Shown one piece after another: positions 13,501 to 27,099 of a DNA stretch of 64,000 nt. The DNA is taken from NCBI RefSeq assembly GCF_036321535.1, contig NC_087436.1:77192001-77256000 (forward strand), read 5' to 3'. The notes under the pieces are model-generated. The model worked only from the letters and a program-made list of their open reading frames with translations. It was not told the DNA's origin and ran no database searches. The translations under genes were made by a program, and so were the position numbers. Numbering within the stretch: the stretch's first letter is position 1; every line of letters starts with the position of its first letter. Origin of the DNA: Camelus dromedarius (lineage: Eukaryota).

Positions 13501-13739
13501 GAACTCTGGTTACAAGGTTTAAAAGTCAGTTAGGAAGGGAGTGTAAAGAATGTCCTTCAGTTAAGTGTTCTTTCCAGTGAGTAGTTAGCACGTTATCACA
13601 GTAGCCCATCACAGTTCATATTCACAAGGCGAGCAACTGTGTTTACCTTTTTTTTTTTTTTTACAACTCTATCTTCAGCATGGCCTGAATGTAATAAGGG
13701 CTCAATAAATATTTACCAAATGAAAGAGTATATTAAGAC

Positions 13740-14800
13740 AAAAACAGATGAGTTTTCATTGGATTTGGCAATAAGAAATTATTTGTAAATTTAGTGACAT
13801 CTGATTTTTTGCTGAAATGTCTAGTTTCACCATTTGCTGAGGAATAAATGAGAGGTGATTAAATAGATGCCTGTATGCAGCAGCACTTTCAAACTTTTGA
13901 TTGTGGAGTAGGAAAGAAACTGGATGGCGTAAGAATTTCTGTTGTTTTAGATCAGGAGGAACTTAGTATGTTGAAATGCTGGTGAGAAGCCTCCTGAAGA
14001 GAGATAAGTAATTAACAGAGCTAGATCCATGAGAAGCTGTCAGAGGGATGATCCACACCATGGGAAGAGAAATTGCCCTTATCTGGAGAGCAAACCCCTC
14101 TCCCACTATAACAGGAGAAAAGACAGAAACCATGCATGTCGGTGCAGTTCAGTTTATACGTCTGATGGCAGAAAATTGAGGGATTTCTATCGGCTTTAAT
14201 TTTGTTTTGTAATGGTAAGGTTATTACTTTATATTGAACAAGAATGTAGCCAGAGCTTTGAGATGAGTGGAGATACTTTGAAATGGCTGCATGAGGACTG
14301 GAAAGAGAGCATTTACTAGTGATACCTGGAAGTATTCCTAGATGGCAATAAGTGAGCTATTGATGTTGGAGGCCACAGATCTTTAATGACACTACTTATT
14401 TTCTCTAGCAAAGTACAGCTTTCCAGGTATTGGAGGAAGACATTCAATTTAAATCAAGGAAGATATAGTGTAGAGACAAGCCTGGGAGTTGACATAGTAA
14501 GAGTGATTGATATACTGTACTATGGAGTTGAATATGGGAGGAGATCAAGCAGTGATGTGATTAGGCTATTTGATAGGGAAAAAGCAGCAGTAGAAATTGG
14601 GTACCTCACTAAGATCTAAGACTTGGTGCAAGGCTGGGGAAATGCTGAATGGTAGAGCTAGGATAATGGACAGCTGTGGTTGTTTGAGTCTCAGGTTTGG
14701 CAGTTACAAGGGATGACAAATCTAGGGTACAAACATGAGAGTTGGATGGTAAAGTGGAGTAGAAGTGAGGTTCACTGAAGATGAGGAAGGAGAGGAACTG
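13740..14800 (-). mobile_element. L2 ORF2 relic
   Basis: 'cattggatttggcaataag', 'cactttcaaacttttgattgtg' and the purine-rich composition typical of antisense L2. Confidence 0.6.
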
Positions 14801-15019
14801 AGAGATTCAAGATAATGTTGGTGTACAGGAAATAATGCTGACAGAAGTGCAATACTGGTGATAAAATAAAAATTAATTTTGTCTTTTTCATCTCTGTAAC
14901 CCCACTTTCTAGTATATATACTAACACTAAGCACTCTGTTACTATTTATTGAACAAATAAATACATTTGTAGTTACTAAAGCTTTGAGGATTAATTAAGA
15001 TGTTTGAATTAGAATTCAA

Positions 15020-15235
15020 AGAAATTGAGGACAGATTGGAATTGGCCAAAATCAATGAGATGTAATTTAACATAGGGACCAATATACAATTTTAGCCTCA
15101 TGTTCAAAAGGTCAGCCACCTAAGAATGGATGTAGTTGTGTGGTGGTGAGCCTGGCTGAAGAGCAGCTCAGGACTAGAAAATGTAGGGGTTTTGATTGAC
15201 CATAGCCAAATATCTGTCAGCACTGTCATGCAACG
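15020..15235 (+). mobile_element. L3/CR1 relic
   Basis: 'tggccaaaatcaatgagatgtaatttaacataggga...aggggttttgattgaccatag...tcagcactgtcatgcaac'. Confidence 0.6.
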
Positions 15236-15934
15236 GCCCCAAATCATGGATCCGCAAATATATGTTGCACACTAGAAGTTACAAAAACAAAGTGAGTAAA
15301 AGCCCAGTAACCTATCTGTCCTCAGAGTTCCAAGAACAAAATTTTATGATTCATATAGTGTAAGAACTTTAGTTTGTGAGTTTTGGGATGGGCCAGGACA
15401 GAGAGAGATGCAGAAGAGCGGTTTTCTACCCCTTACCTGCCTCCTCATCTCCATTCTAGGCAACCACTAGTTTGGGGTCTCACTGGAAAGCTGGCAACAG
15501 GTATTTGGAGACAGCATGAAAGAAGCACATGTTGACTTTTAAAGTTCTTTAAAAGCTCTTTATTTAATTTTTTATGTGTTCACTCTGTTTTGAGTACTTA
15601 ATATGTTTAATTATGTAAATTACACAACCAGAGAGAAATAAGTGTCTAAAACACTGGGAGGGGCATTCCTTAACTCATTTTATCTCCCCTGAGCACCAAA
15701 ATACTGACCTTACGAGCTAGGTGGGGTATATTTAACAGCACACTTTAGAGTTAGTTCACTTGGTCCTGTTCTCTGTCAGCATTCTATCTGTGATAACATT
15801 TCTCTGATACACATGGGAAGGTTATATTTTACTCTGATATGCCAAAAGAATTTACTTATTATTTAAGATATTTTTCCTTAAAATTTTCTCCTTTACTTTT
15901 AATATGTAAGTGTCAAAACATTTGCCAAGAAAAT

Positions 15935-18900
15935 AGTGACATCAGAATCATGGCAGCATAAGATGTTCCTCATTTTGTCCCCTCCATGAGAACAAAAACT
16001 GGGCATTCATTCATCCACAAACAAAACTGCCTCTGTGGGAGCTGTGGGATCCAGTACCATTTGCCAAGAGACCCAGGGTCTCACCCACCTGTGCATCAGG
16101 TAATAGACTAACAGACCTCAGTACCAGCTGTGGACCTGCAGTAGCCTGTGAACCAGTTCCAGCCCCTCTTGGCAGTGGTCCAGAGCACCTGGAGAACACT
16201 GACTTGGGCAGTCACCCATGGAGGGACAAGAGAGCCTTTGTAGAATTCCAGGTTTCCAGAGAAGAAGTTGCACTCTGTTGGAGGGGGAAAAATATGACTT
16301 ACTGAATTGGAGTGGATAAGAAGAACAGCTTGACTTTGCCCATATCGCCCCTCCCACAAAGCAGCACAGCTTAGGCCTAAATGAGACCCAGATGGCCTGA
16401 GATTTCTCCCATGGAGTAAGGGAGAGCAGGTGAGTGACTGCAAGCCTTCTCCAGCTTTGCAGGATGCTGCCAAAGAGACTCATTTCTCTCTTATGGCACC
16501 CAGGGTCCTAAACTTGGAGCTCCATGACTGAGGAAAAGAATATTGGGAAAGAGGCAGATGTGATTCTGAGAGGGTATTAAAGGGACATAGTTTCTAATGA
16601 CTGCATAGTGGACTCCATCAGGAAGATTGCCCACAAACCACTGGGGAAGTCTCATATGTGAATTCCCGCAACTGGCCCATTAGGCATACACAAAACTTGC
16701 ATGTCTCCTCTGACTTTGCTGCTGGCTCCCTATGCTCAGTCCAGAAAGCAGGGAGCATGAGCTTCATTGGAAGACTAATAAGCATGCACAGAAAGCAGGT
16801 AGGATCTGTGGGCCAGGGGGAAAACACAAAAAAGTCCCATGGTAGGGCTACCTTCAGGAAAACAAAAGAGAGGCTATCAGCAACCAGCCTGGTGTATTGT
16901 AGGATTGAGAGAAGACATACAAGCTTAAGAATTCTGCCACAATGGGAGCAAGAAGCGTGGAGCAGGTATGTTCATTCAAGGCCTGAGAAAGCCTCAGAAT
17001 CTCTTACAGGACTGATGGAAGGTATTGCTACCCTGAAGTCAGTTAATAAAGATTGGAGGAGGTGACTGCTAACTCAGATGTGAAGGCAGCAACACAAACC
17101 TCCAAGAAGCAGGAAAAACCATGGAAACATTATAAAAGGATTACAATAATCTTCCAGTAACTGAAGGCAAAGACATAGAGATCTATGATTTACCCAACAA
17201 AAAATTTAAAATAGCTGTTTTAAGGAAACTTAATAAACTATAAGAAAAATGCAGAAAGGCAATTCAACAAAATGATGGACACAGTGAGAAATTTAACAAA
17301 GAAACAGAAATCCTAAAAAAGGAACCACACAGAAATTCTGGAGTTGAAGAGTTCAATGAATGAAGTAAAAAATGCAATAGAAAGCATCAAGCACAGAATA
17401 GACCAAATAGAAAAAGAATCTGTGCATTAGAAGATAGGAACTTTGAAAATACCTGCATAGAGGAAAACAAAGAAAAGGTAATGAAAAAGAGTTAAGAAAG
17501 TCTAAGTAATCTATGAAAAGTTAAATCACTATCAACAGAATCAATATGTAGATTATTAGAGTTCCAGAAAGAGAAGAGAAGGAAAAGCGGGTAGAAAACT
17601 TATTTAAAGAAATAATGGCTGAGAATTTCCCGAACCTGGGGAGAGATTTAGACATACAAATTCATGAAGCAAATAGATCATCCCATTATTTCAATGCAAA
17701 ATTATCTTCTCCAAGGTATATCATAATAAAACTGTCAAAAATCAAAGACAAAGAGAGAATCCTAAAAGCAGGAAGAAAAAAAAATTATAACTTACAAAGG
17801 AACCCTCATTAAGCCATCAGTGGATTTCTTAGCAGAAACTTTGTAAGCTAGGAGAGAGTGGGATGATACATTCAAAGTGCTCAGAGAAAAAAGTTGTCAA
17901 CCAAGAGTACTCTAACTGGCAGAGTTATCCTTCAGAAGTGAGTACATAATTGAAATTAAGTTGTAATCAGTATAAAATAGACTATCATATTTATTAGATG
18001 TTTTATGCAAGTAACCACAAAATGATAACTGATAATAGATTCACAAAAGATAGAGAAGGGAATTCGACCATAATTAATTCACAAAGAAAGGCAACAAGAA
18101 AGGAGGAAGGAACATGAAATATATTAAGCAAATACTAACACATCTGAAAGGAGAAACAGACAGCAATATGATAATAGTAGGGGACTTTAATACCTGATTT
18201 TCAACAATGGGTAGATCATCCAGACAGAAAAACAACAAGGAAATCCTGGGCTTGTACCATACTTTAGACAAAATAGACCTAACAGATATATATAGAACAT
18301 TTCATTCAACAGCAGCAGAATACATCTCCAGAAATCTTCCCAAGTGCACAGGAAGCATTCTTCAGGATAGATCATAAGATATGCCACCAAACAAGCCTTA
18401 GGAAATTTAAGATTGAAGTCACACCAAGTATGTTTTCTGACTACAGTGGTATGAAACTAGAAATCAACAACAGAAAGAAAATTGGGAAATGTACTAATAT
18501 GCAAAAATTAGATAACGTATTCTTCAACAACCAATGGGTCAAAGAATAATTCAAAAAGGAAATCAAAATATATCTTGAAACAAATGATAATGGAAATGCA
18601 ACATATAAAAAACCTATGGTATGCTGCAAAAGCAGTTCTAAGAGGGAAATTATAGTAATAAACACCTATATTAAGAAAAAATAAAGCTCTCAAGTTAACA
18701 CCCTACCTGTATGTCAAGGAAATAGGGAAAAAAAAAAAAAAAATCTAAGCTCAAAGTGAGCAGAAGGAAGGAAATATAAAGACCAGAGTGGAAATAAATG
18801 ATATAGAGACCAGAAAAACAGTAGAAAAGATCAAAGAACCTAAGAGCTTGCTTTTCAAAAGGATAAAATTGGCAAACCTTTAGCTACTAATAACATTGAG

Positions 18901-21893
18901 AGAAGATTCAAATAAGTAAAATCAGAGGTGACAGAGGACACATTACAAATGATTCCACAGAAATACATAGAATCATAAGAGACCACTATGAACAATTGTA
19001 TGTCCAAAAATTGGATAAAGTAAAAGAAATTGATAAATTCCTAGAAACATGCAGCTTATCAATACTGAATCATGAAGAAATAGAAAATATGAACAAATAA
19101 TGAGTAAGGAGATTGAACCAGTCAATCAAAAACCTCCCAACAAGGAAAATCCTAGGCCCTGTTGGTTTCATGGGTGAATTCTACCAAACACTTAAAGAAG
19201 AATTGGTGTTACTCCTTCTCAAACTCTTCCAAACATTGAAGAGGAAGAAACACACCCAAACTCTTTTTATGAGGCCAGGATTACCTTGATACCAAAGCCA
19301 GATAAGGACACTACAAGAAAAGAAAACTACAGACCAATACCACCATGAATATAGATGCAAATTTTCTTAATAATATATTAGCAAACTGAACTAAACAGAA
19401 CATTAAAAGGATCATACACCATAATCAAGTGGGATTTATCCCCAGGGTGCAAAGATGGCTTAACATATGCAAATCAATAAATGTGACACATCATATTAAT
19501 AGAATAAAAAAATCATATGATTGTTTTATTAACAGATGCAGAGAAAGCTTTTGACAAAATACGGCATCTTTCATGATAAAAACTTTCAACAAAATGAGTT
19601 AGAAGGAACTTACCTTAACGTAATAAAGGCCGTGTATGGCAAGTTCATAGCTAACATCATACTCAATGGTAAAAGATTGAAAGCTTTTCCTCTAAGGTCA
19701 GAAACAAGACAAGTGTGTCATTCTCAGCACTCTTTATTCAAGAAAGTGCTGGAAGTCCTAGCTAGAGCAGTTAGGCAAAACAAAGAAATTAAAGGCATCC
19801 AAATCTGAAAAGAAGGAAGATTCTCATTATTTGAAGATGATATGATTATATATATAGAAAATCCTAAAGACTCAACCAAAAAGCTGTTGGAACTAATTGA
19901 GGAATTCAGTAAAATTTCCATATATAAAATTGACATACAGAAATCAGTAGTGTTTCTGTACACCAGCAACAAAACATCTGAAAGTAATAAAGAAAACTAT
20001 CCCATTAATGACAGAATCAAAAGCAATAAAATACCTAGGAATAAATTTAACTAAGGAGGTGAAAGACCTGTACAATGTAACTACACAAGACTTTGATGAA
20101 AAAAGTGAAAGGGACACAAAGAAGTGGAAAGATATCCTATCTTCATGAGTCAGAAAAATTAATATTCTTAAAATGTTTGTACCACCCAAAGCTATGTATA
20201 GATTCAGTGCAATCTTATCAGAATGCCAATAGCATTTCACTCAGAAATAGAAAAAAAAATTTCCTAAAATTTGTATGGAACCAGAAAGATTCCAGATAGC
20301 CAAAACAATCTTGAAACTTAAGAACAAAGGTGGAGGTACCACCCTTCCTGATTTCATATTGTACTGCAAAGCTACAATAATTAAAATAATGTGGTACCAG
20401 CATAAGAATAGGGACATAGGCCAATGTAAAAGAATAGAGAGCCCAGAAATAAATCCCCAAATTTATGGTCAACTAATATTTTAAAGGGGAGCCAAAAATA
20501 CTCAGTGGGGGAAAAGACAGTCTCTTCATTAAATAAATGGTGTTGGGAAAACAGGATAATCACATGTAGAAAAATGACATTAGACTCCTGCCTTGCACTA
20601 CTCACAAAAATTAACATGAAATGTATCAAAGACTTAAACGTAAGACTTGAAACTACAAAACTCCTGGAAGAAAACATAAGGAAAAAGTTCTTTGACTGGT
20701 CTTGGCAGTACTTTTTTACATATGACACCAAAAGTATAAGCAACTAAAGCAAAAATCAGTAAGTAGAACTACATCAAACTAAATGGTTTCCCACAGGAAA
20801 AAAAAGCAATCAACAAAGTGCAAAGGTAACCTATGCAGAAATTATTTGCAAGCCATATGTCTGATAAAAGAGGGTAACTCATGCCACTCAATAACAAAAA
20901 CAGCCTGAGTGAAAATTGTGCAGAGGATCTGAATAAACATTTCTCTAAAGGCAACATACAGATGGCCAACAGGTGCATGAAGGTGCTCAACATCACTGAT
21001 ATCAGGGAAATGCAGATTAAAACCAAAGTGAGATATCACCTCAAACCTGTTAGAATGGCTCTTATCCAAAAAACAAGAAATAGTTTTTGAAACAAGTGTT
21101 GGCAAGGATATGGAACAAAGGAAACCCTTGTACACTATTGATGGGAGTGTAATTTGATGCATTTATGGAAAATAGTATAAAGATTCCTTTAAAAATTAAA
21201 AATAGAATTATTATATGATCCAGAAATCCCCCTTCTGGGTATATGGTCAAAGGAAATGAAAACAGGGTCCCAATGACTGCACTCCCATGTTTGTTGAAGC
21301 ATTATTCACAATAGTCAAGATACGGAAACAACATAAGTGTCCATCAAAGGATGAATGGATAAAGAACTTGTGGTATATACATATATAATGGTATTCAGCC
21401 ATTAGAAAGAAGGAAATTCTGCCATTTGGGACAACATGGATGGACCTTGAGGGCATTACGCTAAGTGAAATGTCAGACATCAAAGATAAGTAAGTGTATG
21501 ATACCACTTGTACGTGGCATTTTAAAAAGCCAAACTTGTAGAAATAGAGAGTAGAATGATGGTTACCAAGGCCTGCAAGCTGGGAGAAGTGGGGAGGTAT
21601 TGGTGAAATGGTGCAAACTTCCAGTTAGAAGATTAATAAATTGGCAGGAATCTGATGTACAGCATGGTGTCTATAGTTAACAGTACTGTATTATATGCTT
21701 GAAACTTGCTAAGAGAGTAGATCTGAAATGTTTTCCTCAAGGAAAGGAAATGGTAATTATGTGACATGATGGTGGTGTTAGTTAATGCTACAGTGGTAAT
21801 CATTTTGCAGTATGTAAGTTATCAAATTGACACCTTGTACATTTTAAATGGACAGTGTTTTATGTCAATTATATCCCAATAAAGGTGGAAAAA
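15935..21893 (+). mobile_element. Near-full-length inactive LINE-1 (L1MA9-like): 5' UTR, ORF1, ORF2, 3' UTR
   Basis: GC-richer 5' UTR at ~15935-17080. ORF1 remnant MAENFPNLGRDLDIQIHEA...KERILKA (17615-17812). ORF2 remnants include GDFN (~18180), LFEDDMIIYIENP (~19827-19865; FADD changed to FEDD) and LNKWCWEN (20505-20747). Terminus 'tatgtcaattatatcccaataaaggtggaaaaa'. Numerous stops and frameshifts. Confidence 0.93.
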
Positions 21894-22422
21894 GTTTTTC
21901 ATTGATCATTATTAAACATTCCCCTGAGGCAGTAGCTCAGCTGTAATACAGATTCACCAAATCACGCCTCAGTAGCACGCAGGTGCAAGGTACTGAGGTC
22001 AGCCTTGTGTGTGAGAAGATGAGGCCTGGATGATACATGTCTACACAAGCGTAAGTGATGGCTGGCAGGAAACACCCAAGTCATTCGTACTTTCAGAAAG
22101 GTGACTTTAAAGATAGTAGAATTACAGACACATTAAAAAAAATAAAACTATAGCTATAATTGTGCACATTTAAAAATACTTTATGCTGGTTTTTAAAAAT
22201 TATAAATTGATTGTGTTCTAACTTATTCTACCAATGATTTAAGGCACCATAGAGCAAGCAAATATAATTTAGAAATAAGAAGGAAAATGAATAAAAAATG
22301 AAAGATAAATGGAGCTAGGACTCTGACTTCTATGAAAACACATACCTCAGAGTGCTTTGCTGGTGACTAGTGGGCCACCAATTTTAAGTTTTTATCAGTT
22401 AATGAAGAAAGGAGAAGCACAG

Positions 22423-22610
22423 CACAAACTAGTGGTTACCAGTGGGGAGATGGAGGAGGAGCAATATAAGGGTGAGGGAGTGGGAGGTACAAGCTATTGG
22501 GTGTAAGATGGGCTCAAGGATTTATTCAACATGGGGAAGATAGCCAATATTTTGTAATAATGGTCAATGGAAAGTAACCTTTAAAAACTATATTAAATTT
22601 TTTTTTTAAA
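22423..22610 (+). mobile_element. Younger 5'-truncated L1 3' fragment
   Basis: 'acaaactagtggttaccagtggggag...tagccaatattttgtaataa...aaagtaacctttaaaaa'. Degenerate TSD aaaggagaagcacag (22408-22422) / aaaggtgaactcag (22611-22624). Confidence 0.85.
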
Positions 22611-23574
22611 AAAGGTGAACTCAGAAAAAAGGAATCATGTAAGTAAAGAAAAAAAATAGAGAAAACTTTTGCCATTAAAACAATGACACTGAATATGTGG
22701 ATAAAAGAAAGTCTTATGATCACTTGAAAACTTAAAAACAGTACAAAAAATTAGATATTGATTACTGAAATGATGAAGATTTTTAGGTTCATTCCTTAAG
22801 GATTACACTGGCAGGAACCAGTTCTTGCATATATTGCTCTTAAGTAAAACTTTCACCAAATGATCGGACTGGGTAAAGATTTCCCCTAGACACAATAAGA
22901 GATAAATTTTACTCTAATCCTTCTATGGCTCTCACAAAATTGATGTTCACTTGAATATTTACTCTTTGATTTAAGTTGCAGTGGTTTCTATTTCTATTAT
23001 GTGAAACTAATGTTTTTATACTTCAATTTTATGAAATACAGTCTTTGGCTATGACGAAAGTAAGAGAATAGTTTTATTTTAACATGCATAAAATGTCTTG
23101 TTCTCTGCCAAATATTTTATACTTTTCTGAAAGTGGTAAATCACTTAAGTAAAATATTAAACAGTTATTTTACCACTTGGAGAACTTTTCCTCAAATAAA
23201 AGGTAAATACAACAAATAAGTAAGAAGAATTTCATAAATAGTCTAGTGGTTGCAGGACAGCTACCTAAAATTTTGAATTTCATACCCAGCTCTGATTTTT
23301 GTCACTGTATATTCTTGAACACATCTGTACTATGTGTACTGTATTCTACACTCATACAATGGAAATCCATCTTGCCTAACATGAGATATTTTCAAAAGAG
23401 AGAATGATAAAAATACCAATTATGATATTTAAACAAAATACTATTTATCACTTTAAATAAATTTCAAAGAATGCCCTAAATCATTGTAGAGGCAGCTGAA
23501 ATTCATCCAAAATGAATAAGACATCAGATAATTTGCTGACCGAGTCTTTATTAGACAGTGTAACCTTGAAAACC

Positions 23575-23705
23575 AATCCATTCATTCAACAAATATTTAA
23601 TAAACGTCTGCTTCTCCAAAACACTGTGCTCTTTTCGGTGCCAAAATAAAATTATGATGACATATTCTCAGCCCTCAAGGAGTTTATAGTCTATCAGTAG
23701 AAATT
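23575..23705 (-). mobile_element. L2 3' end
   Basis: 'atccattcattcaacaaatatttaataaac...gccctcaaggagtttatagtcta'. Confidence 0.75.
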
Positions 23706-24499
23706 AGACTAATAAAAATGTATTAAAATGAGAACTTAAAGCAAGTTCAGGAAGTAATAGGAGTTGGAGAAAGGGGAATATAGGTATGAAGTGTTTTTTA
23801 AGTAAACAAAGTAGATTTTGACTTCCAGTATGTGAACTGAAGACTGCCAAGAGATAATTTTTACTCAAAAATATCTCCCTCATTATCACTTTAGGTCTCA
23901 AAGGCTTTTACGTTATTAAGATTTAATAACCAGTTTAATTATTAAACACAAATATTTTGGAAATGTAACATTTTCAGATCTAATGATTTTTCTAGGGTGC
24001 CATTTTTGGTACCCTAGCAAGTGAAGAATCTTGGGGTAATGGGAGGTAGAACATGATATTGAAGAACAGAAGAGCACGTAGAGATTCTAATCCTATATGA
24101 TACTTTTCTCAGTACTCATTTCTCCCAATGAGGTCCTGTTTTATGTGGCCAAAAATAGGATGCCAGCCCAGGAACCATGACTCTTAAGGGTCGTTGCTTA
24201 CCAGAACGTATTAAGGTTTCCCAACAGAGATTCCTGCCTGCCTATCTGCCAGAACTTTGATAATATTATTAAGACTCTCATTGGTGATTACTTGCCCCAG
24301 AATGGGTGACTTCCCTGGACACCTATCACCTGCCCAGTGTTACTAGAATTTGTTTTCTTAATATTCTAAATTTTCCTTTACCTTTTTACTTAAATCCATT
24401 AAAAATGAATATACGTCCCGCTTGAAATTGATTCTTCAATATTCATTATATTATTTTGATTCACTCTCATCTCCCATGAAAACTGAGTCATTCTGGGCT

Positions 24500-25480
24500 C
24501 CTCCCACAGTTCACTCCCAATTTTTGGTCAATTGCTCACATATACCAATTTTACCTTATAAATATATCCAGAAAGTTTCTCTCTTCTATCCATCTTTAAT
24601 GGCATTTCCCTACTTCCACTCTTCTGTACCATTGCTCTGACCTTGGTTTCCTTAGGACTGCCTTAACAAAGTATAATAAACTGGGTGGCTAAAACAATAG
24701 CCATTTATGCTTTCACAGTTCTGGAAGCTAGATGTGTGAAATTAAAGTGTTGGTAGGGTTAATTCTTTCTGAGACCTCTGAGGAAGAATATGTTGCATTC
24801 CTCTCGCCTAGCCTCTGGTGATGATCAGCAATCCTTTGGCATTCCTTTGTTTGTAGATGCCCTTCTCCATTTTCTGCCTTCATCTTCAAATGATGTTCTA
24901 CCTCTCTCTTATAATGATATTGGTCATATTGGATTGAGTCTATCTTACTCTAGTAGGACCTTATCTTAATGAATTATATCTGCAATGACCCTATTTTCAA
25001 ATAAGGTCATATTCTGAGGTACTGGAGGTTAGTACTTTATTATATCTTTTGAGTGGACAGAATTCAACCCATAACATCTCCTAACTGAAATTCTTGCCTC
25101 CAGGCTAATATTGTCTTTAGCTATAACTTACATACGACTGCCAAAATAGCTTTTCTAAAGTGAAAATCTGATCTGTCAGTCTGTTCCTTAATGATATTTA
25201 AAGAATTTTTGTCATATATACAGTGAAGCCCAAAATCTTTAATGTGGCTTGGAAGTCCTTCGTGGATCTCTCCAGTTTCAACCCTATTTGTCTTAAGCTG
25301 TAGAAGTCCCCTACTGCTGAGTTTCCTTGAATATATCATACTTTTTCTTGTCTCTGTGTGTTGTCTTATTCTCTCATCTTTATTCAGAAGTTTCTCTTTT
25401 TTCCCCATTTCCTACTTAGCTGGTTTTAAGACCATCTCAGGCATTAACTCACCAGAAAGACTTCTGAGGGTCTTCCTCTT
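24500..25480 (+). mobile_element. L2 relic interrupted by MLT1C
   Basis: 'ctgccaaaatagcttttctaaagtgaaaatctgatctgtc...aagcccaaaatctttaatgtggctt'; pyrimidine-rich sequence on both sides of the LTR. Confidence 0.65.
24638..25076 (-). mobile_element. MLT1C-like MaLR solo LTR
   Basis: 'aaactgggtggctaaaacaa...cacagttctggaagctag...tctgcaatgaccctattttcaaataaggtcatattctgaggtactgg...aattcaacccataaca'. Confidence 0.88.
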
Positions 25481-26494
25481 CCCCTATGCTAATTGGGAGC
25501 CATCATTGTAATTGCTCCCACACTTCTTAGTATTTCTGTCACTTATGGGTGAAGTCCTTAAACAAAGCAAGAGCCAAGCACAAGCAAGAATTTTATAGAC
25601 CTAGTGCAAATATGATCCCATGAGTTTAGTTTGACACTAACACATAAAGTTTAAGCTTTGTATATAATCGTAGCACATTATTGGATCTTGGCTTTTGTTT
25701 ATTCCATATAGTCTTTCACAATAATGTATCTTATATCTCAGAGCCATTATTTGTTGCTTTGTTCTGGTCACTTTCTCCAGGTGAGTTCCTAAAAACACTT
25801 GGGCAACACTGGGTAGGAAGACAGAAGCAATCACGTGACACCTGAAGGATTCTATTTATTATGGATTTGTGCTGCACCAGCTGGGAGCAGGGTTAAGTTT
25901 ACATCTTTACTCTTATCCACCATAATGTGGCACTTATTCAGTGTATCTTCACATTTTACGTTTTGAACTTTTATGTGTGACAATGTAATGTAACAGCTGT
26001 GGATATAGTTAACTGCAGTGGCATTTACTTGACTAATGAAAAGAAACATGACATTTTATTAAAATATTCCCATATCATTAAAAAAGAAATAACTTATTAA
26101 AAGTGTAACTCATAAATCTCTCTTACTTTCCGTGCAAAAAGAAATCTGCTTTTGCCACACATGTGTGTTGAAAACTGCTACTGAAAATTATTTTACATTC
26201 TGCCTACATAATTGAGGACCTTTAGAGCCTCCTTCACAAACTACCCCATAATTATTTCTTTATTTTAAAAAAATCACATTGTGTTTTTCTAAATCTCTTT
26301 TCTTTATTCTGGCTTTTATCCAGTTTGTCCTTCAATCATATTCAAGGCCTTTTGAGGGAAATATTTTAAAAATTCATTAAATTCTCTATATCATTTTCTA
26401 TATGTCATTCATATTGGAAAGTTTATGTTACTAAATCTATTTTTGAGGAGAATTTTAGATATACACATGTATGTAGAGAGAATATGATTAATCT

Positions 26495-26955
26495 GTTTTT
26501 ATTTTTATTGAAGTATAGTTGATATACAATATTGTGTTTATTTCTGGTGTACACATTATTGATTCAGTTACACATGTATATATGTTCCTTTTCTTATTCC
26601 TTATCATTATAGGTTATTACAAGATATTGAATATAGTTCCCTGTGCTAAACAATAGGACCTTGTTGTTTATTTGTTTTATATACAGTAGTTAGTATCTGT
26701 GAATCCCAAACTCCTAATTTATCCCTCTCCTCCTTTTTACCCCATTAACCATAAGTTTCTTTCCACATCTATGAGTCTGTTTCTGTTTTGTAAATAAGTT
26801 CATTTGTGCCACTTTTTTAGATTCCATGTGTAAGTGACATCATATGATATTTATCTTTGTCTAACTTACTTCACTTAGTATAATAATCTCTGGTTGCATC
26901 CATGTTGCTGCAAATGGCATTATTTCATTCCTTTTTATGGCTGAGTAGTATTCCG

Positions 26956-26997
<42 letters not shown>

Positions 26998-27020
26998 CAC
27001 ATCTTCTCTATCCAATCATT
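26495..27020 (-). mobile_element. Cetartiodactyl-type L1 3' fragment
   Basis: 'tttttattgaagtatagttgatatacaat...ggttattacaagatattgaatatagttccctgtgcta...catccatgttgctgcaaatggcattatttcattcctttttatggctgagtagtattcc'. Confidence 0.9.
26957..26994. repeat. (TG)19 microsatellite
   Basis: Perfect TG run counted directly; lies inside the L1 fragment. Confidence 0.95.
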
Positions 27021-27099
27021 AGAAACTAGCTCTATTTACTGGAATTTTTCAGGTCAAAGTTATTTCTATTTTTTATTAGAAGTTTTTGTATTATAGTTT

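Noticed and set aside
16011..21507. Cluster of ORFs on both strands, including the longest in the window (135 aa, 16658-17065)
   Set aside because: All lie inside the L1MA9-like element: fragments of ORF1/ORF2, their antisense shadows, or GC-rich 5' UTR. They are not host genes.
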